64,000 nt of DNA from Podarcis melisellensis. Taxonomy: Eukaryota. The first letter of the stretch is position 1; each line of letters opens with the position of its first letter. The position numbers were made by a program, and so were the translations under genes. The DNA is taken from the NCBI GenBank assembly GCA_964234715.1, contig OZ174276.1. One strand, 5' to 3'. Below the pieces are notes generated by a model. It did no database searches. It saw only the letters and a program-made list of their open reading frames with translations, and was not told the origin of the DNA. This document shows positions 1 to 13,301 of the stretch, one piece after another.

Positions 1-306
1 GTTACTACACTGGCTTATGTTTGAGTGGCTTGGATACAGAGATGCAGAAAGCTTGTTCCACTCATGGGAGGGCTGTTCTTGACACAGCAGAAGAGTGTTG
101 CGCAATAAAAATTATCCACAATTTAGAGGAGCTACTGTATTGTGTTTGTGTGAACTCCTCTTAAGACTTTTCTATGGCTTTTTGGTGTTTATATATCACA
201 GCCTGTGTCCTCCCTATGTTTCTTGAGCTGTAATTTAACACCCTGAACTATGCTGGTACTGCAGTGTGTGCAGACTCCTATTGTTTGCGCAAGAGTTCAT
301 GGAATA

Positions 307-537
307 CATTTGTACCTTGGTTCTCAAACGGAATCCGTTCCGGAAGTCCATTCGACTTCTGAAAACATTCGGAAACCAAGCCGTGGCTTTCTGTACTCAA
401 TCGAAAGCCATGGAAGCCCCACTGGATGTTCGGCTTCCAAAAATAATTCGCAGACCGGAACAGTCACTTCCAGGTTTGTGGTGTTTGGGAGCCAAAACGT
501 TGGAGCCCTAAGCTGTTCAAAAACCAAGGTACGACTG
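307..537. mobile_element. Tc1/mariner (Tigger-like) MITE
   Basis: Imperfect TIRs CATTTGTACCTTGG...CCAAGGTACGACTG with flanking TA dinucleotides at 305-306 and 538-539. Confidence 0.8.
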
Positions 538-1904
538 TAGTACTAACATGTTTTTTTTGCTTTCTATTTAGGATTATTTGAATCTCTCTCTGTGTGCGTT
601 TTACTTAGAAGGCGTTTTTCATACCTTACTGCCGCTTACACACACACACACACAAATATTTAAGCTAACTATGAAAGCATCAGAAAAAGCCATAAAAAAC
701 ACCAGGCAAAGCCATTAAAATAAAAGGCATTTAAAAGAGTCTCAGGCATTGTTAAAACAGTGGAAAGCAGGATGAACGTGACCTGATGCTTTTGCATATT
801 TGTCTAGCGGGGGTGACCAAAATTTGGGTGTTACCACTGAAAAGACCTTCCCTCTTGTAGCCAGGCACTTACCCTCCAAAGGCAGATGTTCATGGAGAAG
901 GGCCTTTGAGGCTGATTTTAAAGAATGCCATTATTTAGATGACCAGGTCCCAGGCTCCCGGACTGTTTAGGGCTTTAAAGGTTGAAAGTCAACATTTTAA
1001 ACTGAATCCAGAAATAGACAAGTAGCCACTGCAGCTCTTTTAAACATGTTTTGATACGTTTTTGTTGTCGGTCTTGTAGTCCCATTAAGGCAAGTGACTA
1101 CTATGTGTGCTTAGAGTTGCCCATCAAACTATGGGGTACAGATCATTTTCTTGTATGAATTAAGCCACAGGAACCATGCTGATGATTGGCACTTTGTTAC
1201 AGAGGCAGTGATTATCTACTAAAAATATTTATGTTGTATGGTGACAACCCCCAGTAGCCTTTTAATTATCCTTTAGAATTGGGGTATTAAACACATACTT
1301 TACATTGAGGGAAAAATCCATTTTGAACTATTAGGGATGTAATTACGGCATCCTAGATTGCACAAATGATTGACAATGCATCTGCATTGCTTTTAAGCCA
1401 CAGAAAAATAATAGCTACATGCAGAGCATAATAGTTTTTGATGTTCACAGAATGGTTATGCGCTGCCAAGACAAATCTAACACAGGGTTTTTCCTCCACT
1501 GGAGAAATCATCAGAGTGTAGAAGCATCTCTTTGTATTTGGTGGTGATAGGGTTAGGGAACTGTGCCAGCTGGATATGATTGATAAGAGGGTGAATAGGC
1601 CATTCAGTGCCATTAGGATGGGATCAGAGTGCTTTATTAGCAAAATATTCCACAGGTAAGCATTCCTGAAAACACACAGGACTAAAGAACAAAGTGATAT
1701 GTGCAAGAGTTGTGAAACCTTGGTCATTTTCTGCAAGTCTTACGCTTTGAGCCCATGGAGCTCAGTGTTCAGAATAAGACAAGACTGACCTTGCAGACAC
1801 TGGTTCTGCTTTAAATAAGCCTGAGTTCCACTTTATATTACTTACTGGGATTTTGTGGGATGTAAATCTTAATAGCTAGGTGAGGTTGACCAATTTTGCT
1901 TATA

Positions 1905-2119
1905 CAGTGGTACCTCAGTTTACGAACTTAATTCGTTCCGGAGGTCCGTTTGTAACCTGAAACCGTTGTTAACCTGAGGCACGCTTTCCCTAATGGAGCC
2001 TCCTACTGCCGGCATGCAATTTCCGTTCTCATCCTGGGGCAGAGTTGACAACCCAGAGCAACTACTTTCAGGTTAGCGGAGTTTGTAAACCAAAATGTTT
2101 TTAACCCGAGGTACCACTG
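1905..2119. mobile_element. Tc1/mariner (Tigger-like) MITE
   Basis: Perfect 12-bp TIRs CAGTGGTACCTC...GAGGTACCACTG with TA target-site duplication. Confidence 0.9.
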
Positions 2120-2329
2120 TATGCTGTTACTATGACATAAGAAAACTGAAGTCTTCAGTAGTGTTATAAAGCGTAGCTAAATTTGTTATTCCTTAACTGC
2201 ATTCAGACATGACACTTTAAAGACTAACTTGCTTTATCATGGCAAAAGTGAAAAGTAGTTTAAAAATATTGGTGCAAACAGGGCAGATTTGTTTCTTAGA
2301 TCTTCCCCAAAGCAAGTTGTAGACTAGAG

Positions 2330-2447
2330 TAAGGATGGGGAACCTATGACCCTTCAGATGTAGTTGGACTCTCAACTTCCATCAGACTCAGCCAAGATGG
2401 CTAATGGTTGAGGATAATGGAAGGGCCAAAGCTTTCCTATTTCTGCT
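2330..2447. mobile_element. Degenerate palindromic hAT-type MITE
   Basis: cagatgtagttggactctcaacttccatca core resembles the copy at 24553-24685. Confidence 0.5.
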
Positions 2448-2629
2448 GTACAGGAATCTAGTTAAGACATTGCTTCTGAGTGGATACTTGGTATGAGTGT
2501 ATAAATTTGTGACATTTTCCCTAAGCAGAGTTCAATGTGATGCTTTGATTAGAAACAGTGAATGGTTTTGTTTTATTCGCCATGGCATTTGTTTCAGTAA
2601 AAAGTAATGGCGGTTTACATTTATTCTAG

Positions 2630-2769
2630 TTCACGAAGGCAGTCCACTTGGGGAGCTTCACCGCTGTGTCCGTGATGGTGTAAAGGTCAACGTCCACGTC
2701 CGAACTTTCAAAGGACTTCGTGGAGTCTGCAGTGGGTTCTTGGTTGCATTTGACAAGTTCTGGAATATG
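2630..2769 (+). CDS. LSM11: LSM11 internal coding exon (exon 2 by mammalian numbering), Sm motif 1 region
   Basis: ttctAG acceptor at 2628-2629 and GTAAGG donor at 2770. 140 nt reading [46 protein letters not shown], recognisable as LSM11. Exon 1 is upstream of the window. Confidence 0.96.
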
Positions 2770-4048
2770 GTAAGGGTTGTCACCCCCTTTCTATGATTTT
2801 ACAGCTAATTACCAATTGGCAAAGGGTTACTTCAACCAGATGGCATCTTCAGCAAAGGGGTAAGGACGATCCTCTAGTTTTCAGGTAGAAGTGAGTCTTG
2901 GCTCTTATCTGGTCAGTTCAAGGCAAGGCTTCATCAGTGGAACAGTCTTGCACCCTGTTGACCAGGGAGTGTTTCTTCAGAGTCTTGTCTTTGACTAACA
3001 CAAGCTGAGCTAATTTTGTTAGATTGTTCTCACTTACCTTCCTCTTTCTCGCTCTTGTTTTTTACCCCCCTGCAAGATCTTTCCCACCTCCTTTCCTTTT
3101 TTGTTACATGTTATGGTTGCTAAGTGAAAGATGCACATAAAATGTCTTTGAAAATGTATGGGTGGAAGCAGAAATCTCCCTAAAATATGCAACAAAAGCC
3201 CTAGCAGTCATCTGTTTCACTGGAACCCCAAGTCGTCTGGCATTAAGGTCCCTCCCCCCACCATTCTCTTGACCTCTCTCCCACATGCACAGCAGTTTGT
3301 CATCTTTTTGTTATGGTTCCTTCCATGTTATGCTAACTCTGCAAGGGCTTTTTAGTTTAGTTCAAACTGGATGCTGACGAGTCAGAATTAAGACACGAGC
3401 TGAATGTGCCACCCGTCTAGAGTGCTAGCTGCAAGCGTAAGCACAAAACTTGATACAGAATCAGAGAAAAGGTTTTACTTGCATCACCAGGCCAGAATCC
3501 TAACCAACCTGACTAGACCTTCAGAAAAATAGGGAAGGGCAAGAGGCAAGTGGCTGCGCCCTCTAAAGCGGCCCCCCCCCAACCTCATCATCTTTGGCAG
3601 AAGTTCAAAAGGAGGAGCCCCAGTGCACAGGGCTTTCATTCATATGGAGAAGTCTATGTGCACAGACTCCTCTTGTACTGAACCCGGGAACTTAGAAGTG
3701 TGGAGCCCCTGGGGATGTTAGGGGTGGGGCAGTCAGGCATGCAAAGCACTTCTGAAAAGGGCTAAGGAGAAGATGAAAAGAAACGTGCAAACATTTTGTA
3801 ATTGTAATTTTGCAGCTATCCTGTTTAAATTTGTGCTTTCTTCTGTTTTTCTTTTTTAAAAATATAATTGTAAGCATTGTTTTTTATTAAAAAAAACCCC
3901 AGAAAGGATTAAATTATTAGAGTAATGTGTAAGCTGGATAATGCTAATTCCTAATTCTCTGCACCCAGGCCCCAAAAGTTACATTACAAAAATGCCATGT
4001 ACAGCCACAGCCTGCCTTGATATTTTCTTTCTGCTTCCCTTGCCCTAG

Positions 4049-4132
4049 GCCCTGACAGACGTAGATGAGACGTATCGAAAACCTGTGCTGGGTAAAGCTT
4101 TCTATGTAGAGCCACAGTTGACTCTCACCAGG
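4049..4132 (+). CDS. LSM11: LSM11 coding exon 3
   Basis: Polypyrimidine tract plus cctAG acceptor, GTAAGT donor. 84 nt, phase 0-0: [28 protein letters not shown]. Confidence 0.96.
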
Positions 4133-5948
4133 GTAAGTAGCCATTCTCCCGCTTGTCTGTTGTTCTGGCCAGCCCTACCATTAGGCAGAGTGACAGCAAA
4201 GATCCCCTGTGTTGCGAACAGAAAAACCAGGCAACCTAAAAGCAACACGACAGGCTAATAATTTGATTATACTTCATATAGCTACTAAATTGTATCTTCA
4301 TTCAGAGTCACTAATTAGTAGTGAAAGCTGAACCATTGTAACCTATGTACCCTCTCGGACCTCTTATTTGCTGAGGAAGAAAGTTTGAAACAGTTGGTTA
4401 TCCAGGAAGGACAGTCCTGCTACTGCCTCTGGAGCATCTACTTCTTTCAGCGTGTTCACTGCTAAATATATGAATAAGTCGTGGATATAACCAGGTGCAT
4501 CCGTGCTGTGGTTGGGACTTTATACTTATTTTGGAAGGCATGTTGCCTCAAGCTTGAATCGTTCTCTGTTTGATACACCATTGAAAAAATCCTCTACTTT
4601 GGGAAATTCTCTGAAGTCACATTAGTTGGTGTTACCTTGTATATATTGTATGCCACTTGACTCTGAATGAAGATACAATTTTGTATCTATATAAAGTGTT
4701 GTAATCAAATTATTGGCCTGTCGTGTTGCTTTTAGGTTGCCAGGGTAGGCAGAGTGAGGCAGCAGATATGGAGAAGAGAATGGTGGCAAGGTGTTGGAAG
4801 GGAGAGCTGTGATGGCCACACCATGGCCTACCCAAGCTAGCCTGCTAATTTCCCTTCCAGCTGGATTCTGTACATGCAGTGGGGGGGGGGCACCATCTTG
4901 TTCTTTGCCTCAGACAGCAAAATGTCTTGGGCCAGCCTTGTAGTTGGCTGGTGCAAGTACACTAAAGTTAAGCCTAGAAGCTCAATTTCCCACATACTAA
5001 GGGTGTATTTTATTTCAAAACAGACTTAAGGTTAAGCTGGAGGGCTAGCTCATTTCTTAATGTTAGGTAAATGGATAGAGCAGCAAAAGTGGGCCCCGTT
5101 CCCGCTTTCCAGCCCTTACCTTGTAAAGAACTTATAAAATTGCTGGCCAAAGGTAGAGATTTCTTTTTCCAAAACCTTTATCTTTTGGCGCACTTGGCAA
5201 CATTAATCCACTCTTTCATAAAATGTTAACAAGGTGGCTTACAACATATGGAACGCAATAAAAGCAAACTATAAATATCTACAAAACATAATTAAAAACA
5301 TTTGATACTGGATGTGTTTTGCAAGCTTCAGTTATAGGTGGCAGACAGTGTAATTTTTTTACTTGCAACTGGTATACACGTGCTTGATGGCTTAGGACTT
5401 GTTGCTTTGCAATCTGCTTCCTTGGGAAACACTGTTAAAGGGAGAGGAAACTTCTGTCTATGGTTATGCCCTTGGGCAGTTTCCTAAAATGATGAGCACC
5501 CATGTGTGAGTTTATTCAACGCCAGCAATGAACTAGGCTCTATTCACACAACAGACTGAAATGATACAGTCCTTGTCCCAGAGGGGTTACAGCTCAAATC
5601 AGATTGATCTATTGCTTTAGCCCCAGGATTTAACAGAGCAGTACAAAGTCATGGCCAAATCTGCTATGTGTACATGCGTGACGTGCGTTAGTCATGCACA
5701 CAGAAAACGTGGAAGCTGGATAACTCCATAACTGCCAAATAAGTAATCTCCTTAGCATTAGAGTGCTTACAATTTGTATTATCCAGCCAACAGAAAGTAC
5801 TGTACATGAAAAGCATTGCTGTGTATTTTTCCTCTTGCAAAAAACACCCACTCTCTAGCTTGGCCCTCCGTGGTGGGCCATATGCTTTCAGATTACAGAA
5901 TGAGATGACAGCTTTCATGACATATTTGTTTCCTCCCACCCCCTGTAG

Positions 5949-6332
5949 CTGTTTGACAGACTCAAGCTGCAAGAGTCCCTGGTTAAAAAGGACGTTTCAA
6001 AGATGGCTGCTGATCTGCCAGCTCTTCCATGTGATCCTAGGACACTTCGGTGGAAGTCCGAGTCAGGTCGGAGGAGGTCAGAAGAACGAGGGGCAAAGAA
6101 GCGCTCGAGCAAAGAGAGGACACGGAGCTCTAGCCTGCCTCGAACTTATGGGAAAGAGATTGAGCTGTCTGGCAGAATCTCCCAAACAGAGGGGACGAGT
6201 GCAGGTGGCACAAGAGGTCGATCACGGAAAAAGCGGAGGCCCAAAGTGGATTACCAGCAAGTTTTCACACGGCACATAAACCAGATTTTTATTCGAGGGG
6301 AGAATGTCTTGCTCGTTCATCTAGCCCATTGA
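5949..6332 (+). CDS. LSM11: LSM11 last coding exon (basic linker and Sm motif 2, stop TGA)
   Basis: tgtAG acceptor at 5947-5948. Reads [10 protein letters not shown]...[37 protein letters not shown], in frame with ORF 6003..6332. Confidence 0.96.
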   Translation: MFDRLKLQESLVKKDVSKMAADLPALPCDPRTLRWKSESGRRRSEERGAKKRSSKERTRSSSLPRTYGKEIELSGRISQTEGTSAGGTRGRSRKKRRPKVDYQQVFTRHINQIFIRGENVLLVHLAH

Positions 6333-9300
6333 TCTGATTGCCATTACTCAGCCAGCAGCATGAACAGTGGTGGCAGCTGCATGCTACTTTGTGAATTGTT
6401 TTGTAACTTCTTCTCTTCCTCTGACTAAAAGGAAGGAAGGCAAGAGCATCTTGAGCCAGCTACCAGCTTGTTTGGACTAAAGTTTGGCCAAGGAAGCTGC
6501 TGCCTCCACAAAGAGACACATCTCCTAAGTCCTTGAACTGTGGAACTTCCAGAATTTGTGGGGCAAGTATCGCTGTATATTAAAAACCCATGTGGCCTGA
6601 AAGTAGCTCTGTTTTTGCTACGTGGCTGCAAAAGAAGCAGAGTATGCCATTGACCTTGGTACTTCATTGTGGAATGCTAGTAATTTGAAATCATGGAAAA
6701 GCACGTTTATAAAAAATGGCAATGGAATTCAGAGCTTGTGAAAAGGAGGAATGGCTTTAGGTATGGACTCTCATCTCTCCCTCCTCCTAATAGCATGCAT
6801 GGGTGGGGAGGTATTCCAGAGTTGAATCACAGTGCCCTCTGGTGTCCAAGCTTGTGTCTTGAACAAAAAGGGAATGGAAACTGAATCAAGTGGTTATTTG
6901 CTGATGGGATGCCTTTTCTCTCTAACTCATTTGTGATCAAAGGGAGTATTTGGCCTTTTCTTCAATATTTACACAGCCTATGCTCTTAAAACCATCTTCC
7001 CCTGCTTCCCCCCCACCCCACCCTTCGCCACCAGCAAACAGTGAATGTAGCTAACTATGTAGCTTCTCTACCTGGAGCTTGTCTAAATGTATGTATTATA
7101 AAATGGGTTGGAACAACCCAGAAATTGCAATCCAGGTTGTTATTTTTTAAATTGTTCATTTCATCCATTTGTGTGTTGCAGCGCTAAAGACTTAAGGCAA
7201 TGTACATAAGTTGCTTAAAATAGAGAAGATGGGTGTTTTATGCTTAGGCACAGTTATACATTATAGAAGTGGCTGATTTCCCTGATGGTGATTGAAGAGA
7301 ATAATTTGCTTGTGATACCTGCAAGCGTAGTCCTGATTGCTTCTAGGTTCTGAATGACATGCCTCTAATGCTAGTTTGATTGTTCCTGAGAAGCATGTTT
7401 TAAGACTACTGAAAAGTATGCATGGTGATTATTTAGAAAATCAGTATTATTAACTGTTTCCCCCCTTATGATTCAGTAATAATCAGAAGAAGCTGTTGTA
7501 TGTTGTAACAATACATATATATAAAGTGTCTGCCAAGAGAGATTTTATGGTGCTGTATAATAGTGCCCTCTGTTTACAGTGAGTGTGTGTATGTAGCACT
7601 CCAATAGCTGGACTTTGCTGCCATAGCTTGTGTTGGAATGCAATGACTATTGTATTGGGAGGCATTTTAAAAGTCTCTGTAGAATTATTAAGCTTAAAAA
7701 CACAGATTTCTAACTCAAAACATATAGGTTACATTTTGTAAGTCAGTTTTGATTTTCCAGAATAACCTGACAATCTTCTAATGATTGGCGTTTTCCACCA
7801 TCGATAGTAACCCTTAGATAATTGCATGTAGTTTGTAATTATCATTTTTTTCAGGCTTAAAAAAACTATTCATGGGTGGAGCTCAGTTTCTTTCCTCTTA
7901 TTTCTCCAGCCGAGTTGTGGGCTGCAAAATGGGATGGGCTCAAGTAGGGTAGGTTTCAAGGTGGGGAGGGTAGATGATTGTTCCAACTTTTGTGTTTGGA
8001 GGCAACCATTTCCCCCCCACTCAGTGCCTTGAAATTTACAGAGTCGTGGCATCATTTGGGATTCACAGGATCTTTTTGTAAAAAGAAAAGGCAGGAAGGA
8101 AGGAAATCTTATGAGCCCTCTCCCAAATCCTCTGTTGAATTATTCCCCTTCAGAAAATATTTGGTGAAGTGGTCCCAATTTGGAGGAGCTCTGAATGTCA
8201 TGCTCACCCCTGAAAACTGAGGCTGCAGTTTGAAAAGGAAGGCTTCTTAACCCTTTTTGTTCATGTTGTTTTTTTCTGGGGAGTCCCAAAGCTTTTCTCA
8301 GTGGAGAGTAAAACAATCTTCAGTGGAGAAAACAGCATGAGGCGAAAGGGTTGTGCCCCCCAGCTCGCCTGCTTCAAATTGTGTGAAAAAGAAGCATGGA
8401 ATGATCCACTGTGTGAAGTTCTGCCTTGAGTATTGTGAGGTTCAAGGAATTAGCCATTTTATTGTCAGCCTAGTACAGCTCAAGACGACAGACTGAAAGG
8501 ATGGTACAAAAGCTAGGAAAGGAAAAGGAGCCGAACTTGGAGTTCACCCGCCATTTGCTATGTTTAGCATAACTTCTTGACCTGATGTGTAACTTCCCCA
8601 TTGAGTGGGAATGGGATATGCAAAATGTCTTGGATGATGTTATATTTTCCCCTGGTTATTCTTTGCCATGCTGCAATTTAAAATGCATGTCACAAACATG
8701 TTTTTCACTCTTTCGCCCTCCTTGCTTCAAAAAGAAACCCAGGGACATGAAATACTAGTTTCTGAATTCCCTTAGCAGCCTGCCTTTTGCCCTTTCCAGT
8801 TTGATTTTCCCCAGTCACCTTTGGCTGCAAAGGCTATCACAAAAATGATCCTAAGAGATTCTTGTGGCTGGATTTAACGGGTTTTGTGTCTGTTCTTGAT
8901 TCTTCCTCTGTGGCTCTTTTCTCCTCAAAGTACAGTTTCTTGACTCTGCGCTCCAGATAGTTTTCTTTTAGCTTAAAAAGTTCACCTAGACACCTCTCCC
9001 TTTATTATATATATATCTCCCACATTTTCTATTTTGGGGTGTGAGTATGCTTCATATGTCTCTTCTTGAGATGCCTGCCCTTTCACATTCTACTTCGCTA
9101 AGGTTAGGCCCCCAAATACAAATTTAAGTGTACCATCAAATTTGGTTTTTTGCTTTTTCCTGAATGATCTTTCCCTTCACTGGTCTTTATCCATATTCTT
9201 TGGAATGCCAAATGCTTTCATAAGCCTGCCTCTGTAAGTTTACTACCTCATGCTTCAGTGTTTAAATTGCTGCTGCTTTTGTCTTCCAGAATCCTTTTCA

Positions 9301-11810
9301 CAACTTTGTCTGTGGTCCCATATCCACTGTCAATTTCACAAGACTCTCTTTTGAATTCTTAAAAATATCTTCGTACTCTTACTGACTTGCACGTTTTCTA
9401 TTGTTACTTGAAGCCTCTAGATCAAAGGTGCTAAGCTTAATTTCCAAGCTGTTGTTTTGGAGTTGCAATTCGCCTTGTATAAGTAGTACTTATGGAAGCA
9501 TATCTGCCTATCTTACTATTCTTCCCACACCTCACAAATTAACTCAGGATGGATTTATTTATTTATTTATTGGCAAGAAATTGAGTTTCTCACTAGAATT
9601 CCTATCCTGTCTTGGCACTTGGTTTCTAAAGTTGCAAAGTGTAGGTGTCAAACGTAAAGTGCCCCTGCTCTCCAAAGATAGTAACTTCATAAATTTGAGA
9701 CAAAGCCACTATATAGACCTGATGAGTAAGGCACGAGTGTCTGGAAAGGGGGACGTTTTCATATTCTTCATCAGCTTTCCTCTTCCAGATTTTTCTGTTA
9801 GTTTCTTGCCTGATTGATATGAAACACATAACTCTCCAATTCAATCCAACATTTGAAAAAAAGAAAACAGCAAGTTATGGAGAATCAAAACCAAAAAGTT
9901 CTGTGTGGCCACATTTTACTTAGCAAGTATGACATTTGAAAACCCTGTACCCATGTGTGAGTCACCCAGGTGTTTGTAGTATTTCCATACCAGTGATGTG
10001 ACAAATGTTCAGCTGTAGAACACTACCACAAATATGCAAAGTGGTTGTTTTTTTAGACTTCCATGTAGAGGTTTCGGTATTTAAACCCTCGGTTACTGTG
10101 CGGCAGGTGGTGTTTGTTCCATCACAGCGGCAAGAAAATTACATGTACTGAGCCTTTCCCTTGCTTTTCAACTTTTGTGAAGAGTTGGCAAACCTGCAAA
10201 TGCAGGTATGTGTGCCTCTGAAGGTTGCAACTATGTTATTGGCAGGCAGAATGGAGGTCTCAAAGCCAAACTTTTTCCTGCTGCAGACTTGCTGCCATTG
10301 GGGGGATTTTTGTGTAAAGAGAGAAAATACCCAGAGAGAGAAAATAATTCCTATATTGCTTTGACAATTTTTGTCTCAATATGAGTTCAATAGTGCCTAT
10401 TTGCACTTCCATCAGTAAGAATCTGCTATGTGTCAAAACTCGTTACTCATTCCACGCAGCTCAAAGCATACTCTGGGAGTGGTAGAAACATATTTTAATT
10501 CTGTTTTCCCAGTTTGCAACAGAATTCCTGTTGGGGATGAAGATGCAGAGAATTACATTTCTATTCAGCACTAGGAATACACCAGTGCCTTGTTGAAGCT
10601 CTTCCTCCAAATGGATGTCAGAGGCCTACTTTAGTGGAGGAGTAATGTGAATAACTTGTCTCTTGATGTATACAAGCCCTTTTTATATGTCTCTGAAAAG
10701 AGCTATTGCTCTTGGCTGTCAGAGGTGAAAGCCTGTCATGAAAGAGAAAAAGGCTTATCATGTTTCTGGATGCCTGCTTTATTAGCTTCACAACAAGGAA
10801 TAGGATTAGTACACCTGAGACTCTGTCAGACTTGTATTCGTTTAGAGTGAAAAGTAGTTTGATCAGGTTGTGTACAAACATAGCTAGTCTGTTTCTTCCC
10901 TTTTCTCTCAGAAGATTGAAGCTTTCCCTCAGGAGAAGGGGGGGGGGGCCTGAAAGCCGCTCCAGGCTCCTTTCGCAATTATGTTTGATTTTCACTACTT
11001 CAGAGCAAAGTGCAGCTGTATCCTAGTATCATCTCCTTGGTAAGATCAGTTTTAGGCTGAGAAACAAACAACCAGAAATACTTGTCCAACCTCTCTTGGC
11101 ATTGTTAGGAATTTCTTCAGCTGACTGCTGTACTGATACATTCCCGGCTTCAGCGTTTAAAGCTTAGATAAGTGAACCTGAACTACATTACAAATTGGTT
11201 TAAGTGGCCTGGTCTCCCCACTGAACCTTGGGAACTGTAGTTTGGTGACTTCATAGTTCAAAGTGAACTTCAGTTCACAAGGTTCCTTGCTCAAAAACCA
11301 TAGCAGGAACTATGTTTGTAGTGCAGGTATACTTTTAGCCTCAATCACTGGGTTTGATTCTTCTATGCCTTTGCTTTCTGTGTCTATTTTCCCTCTGAGA
11401 CTGTTCCCATTTGTAAATAAAGGGGTAACGTTTGCATTTTTTGTATAATGTAAAATGTAAAAAATAACACAGTAAAAATACCTATTACACACCCTTTTTG
11501 TCAGGCATTAGCTCTCTAGCTTTGCAACTCAACAGATCAGAACGGATAGATATATGGCATATAATACACACAAAAATACTCTGAACTAAACCCCGGTTTA
11601 GTTGCAAGTACCCACCAGAGTACTTCGGACTGGAAGGAACATGCAAGCTGTTTAATCTGTCTTCCTGTTTTATTTCTGAGAAGAAATTGCTGCTACGAAC
11701 CTAAAAATGAATGTACAGTTTATTTATTTATTTTTGCTTGATGGATTTAGATTTCTGTATACAAAAGAGTTCAACCTCTAAGGCAATAAATATATTGATG
11801 TAACATAGAC
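6333..11810 (+). other. LSM11: Probable long 3'UTR of LSM11
   Basis: Follows the stop codon. U/AU-rich, Pumilio-type TGTAHATA at 7201-7208 and 11412-11419, AATAAA at 11416 and 11785. The end point is inferred. Confidence 0.6.
11785..11790 (+). terminator. Candidate polyadenylation signal of LSM11
   Basis: AATAAA preceded by several TGTA and U-rich elements and followed by T-rich sequence. Confidence 0.55.
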
Positions 11811-12289
11811 TGCTTCAGAGTTATTTCTTGCAGGCTAACTATTAGGACAATTTATATATGGCACAATTTATATACTGACAATTTTGATGCCAGGAATATT
11901 TACACACTTGGTTTATTACGTTGTAGGTTATTGCAGAAAAACAATCCAAAATAAGCTGCTGAGAAGCTGATAAAAACAGCAGTTGCCTTAAAACCATCCA
12001 CCATCACCCCACAGCAGGAGAATACAATCGCCTTGAGGCCAAAGGCTGGACTTTTTCTTATTTTTATTTTTTGAAGGGGAGGAGGAATCTTAGCAAAATA
12101 GACTCCACTCCTAAGGTTAGCTATTCCTTTATGCTTGTGAGTTGTTTATTCATTGCAGAATTGGGAAGGGTGTGCTTCTGCATTTCAGAGGTGTGTATTT
12201 GTGAGATCCCCTTCTGAACTGAGGTGAAAGTTTTCGTTTGGGCACAAATGGATTTATTCATAGTTTAATGTAGAAGATTAACTGTGAAC

Positions 12290-13301
12290 TGTCATGATGA
12301 GTTTATAGCGGGAGATGCCATGTATCTGCAGGGAGGCTGAGCAGCAGTTATTGCAATGTGTCCAACTAGGGGATATGGCCCACGTACTTGAGCCAAGGCA
12401 TCAGAATCTGAGACATGTGAGAATCTGAGAGACATGTGATCAGATAACCTGACATGTTTTAATTTAATTTTAGTTGGTTGACCGTAGGCCAGTAAGGCTG
12501 CAGAATTCCACCCAAATTGAAATTATTAGCTGGGGGCCTTCTGAGAGAATAAAAGGCTGGGATCTGGTCAAGAAGGGACAGGGGAAACAACAAACGGGGG
12601 TTGTTGTTCATCTGCTGGAAGTTGAGTCACACAACGGACACCTGGGGACTTAAGGAGAGGCTTGGAGTGGCTTGTGAAACCTGAGAGGATCTGAGAGCTG
12701 AAATCACTGGCTAGAGCTGTGGAAGAAGAATGGCGGGGAAGCGAGGCAGCGTTCAGGAGAGTTCTGCCCTCAAGAATCAGCATCATTATGGAGAAACTGA
12801 GGTAACAACAGTTTCTGGGCAGGGGAAGGCTGCAGAAGTCCTGAAAAAAACTTGAGAGACTCAACAGGGAAGTGTTCATGGACTTGACCGAAGACTGCAA
12901 GTGTGCTCAGTCGATGAGAATTAACTGAGGAAGAGTGACATCGGGAAAATTAGCTTTGGGTTTGAATACAGGTAGGACCAAGCTCACACGATTACTGAAA
13001 GGAATCCTATGTTGTATTTGCTATTTCATTTAAAGTTGCAGCGTAACAGTGTAAACATTTAAAGCAATTCTAAGGAAGCGAAGCTGGTTAAGGAACCAGG
13101 CATACATACAAATATCACTATTTATATTTTACTAATATAATTGACTTGGTGTTGTTTTTTTACCTCATGGTTGGACCTCTGTGCTGTTTTGCCCTACTCC
13201 TAACCATGGCCAGTGGTTCTTAAACTGAGGTAGAAAATAGATGGCATTCAGATACATGGTGGCCACAGTACTAAAGGGTTAGGAAATGAAGGAATGTGAC
13301 G
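12290..13301 (+). mobile_element. Possible degenerate solo LTR (~1 kb)
   Basis: Begins TGTCA and ends GTGACG, with a purine-rich internal block and a short tandem duplication near 12403-12440. No clean TSD found. Confidence 0.35.

Noticed and set aside
250-540. Overlapping ORFs at the window start
   Set aside because: They lie over a non-autonomous MITE and show no transposase motifs.
5806-6279. 157-aa ORF overlapping the LSM11 last exon in another frame
   Set aside because: Starts inside the intron and has no recognisable homology; a by-product of a GC/purine-rich exon.
6333-11810. Histone-type stem-loop or U7-related RNA suggesting LSM11 autoregulation
   Set aside because: By eye I found no GGYYYTTYHNRRRCC stem-loop with a downstream element, nor a U7 snRNA copy. 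An Rfam scan would be definitive.
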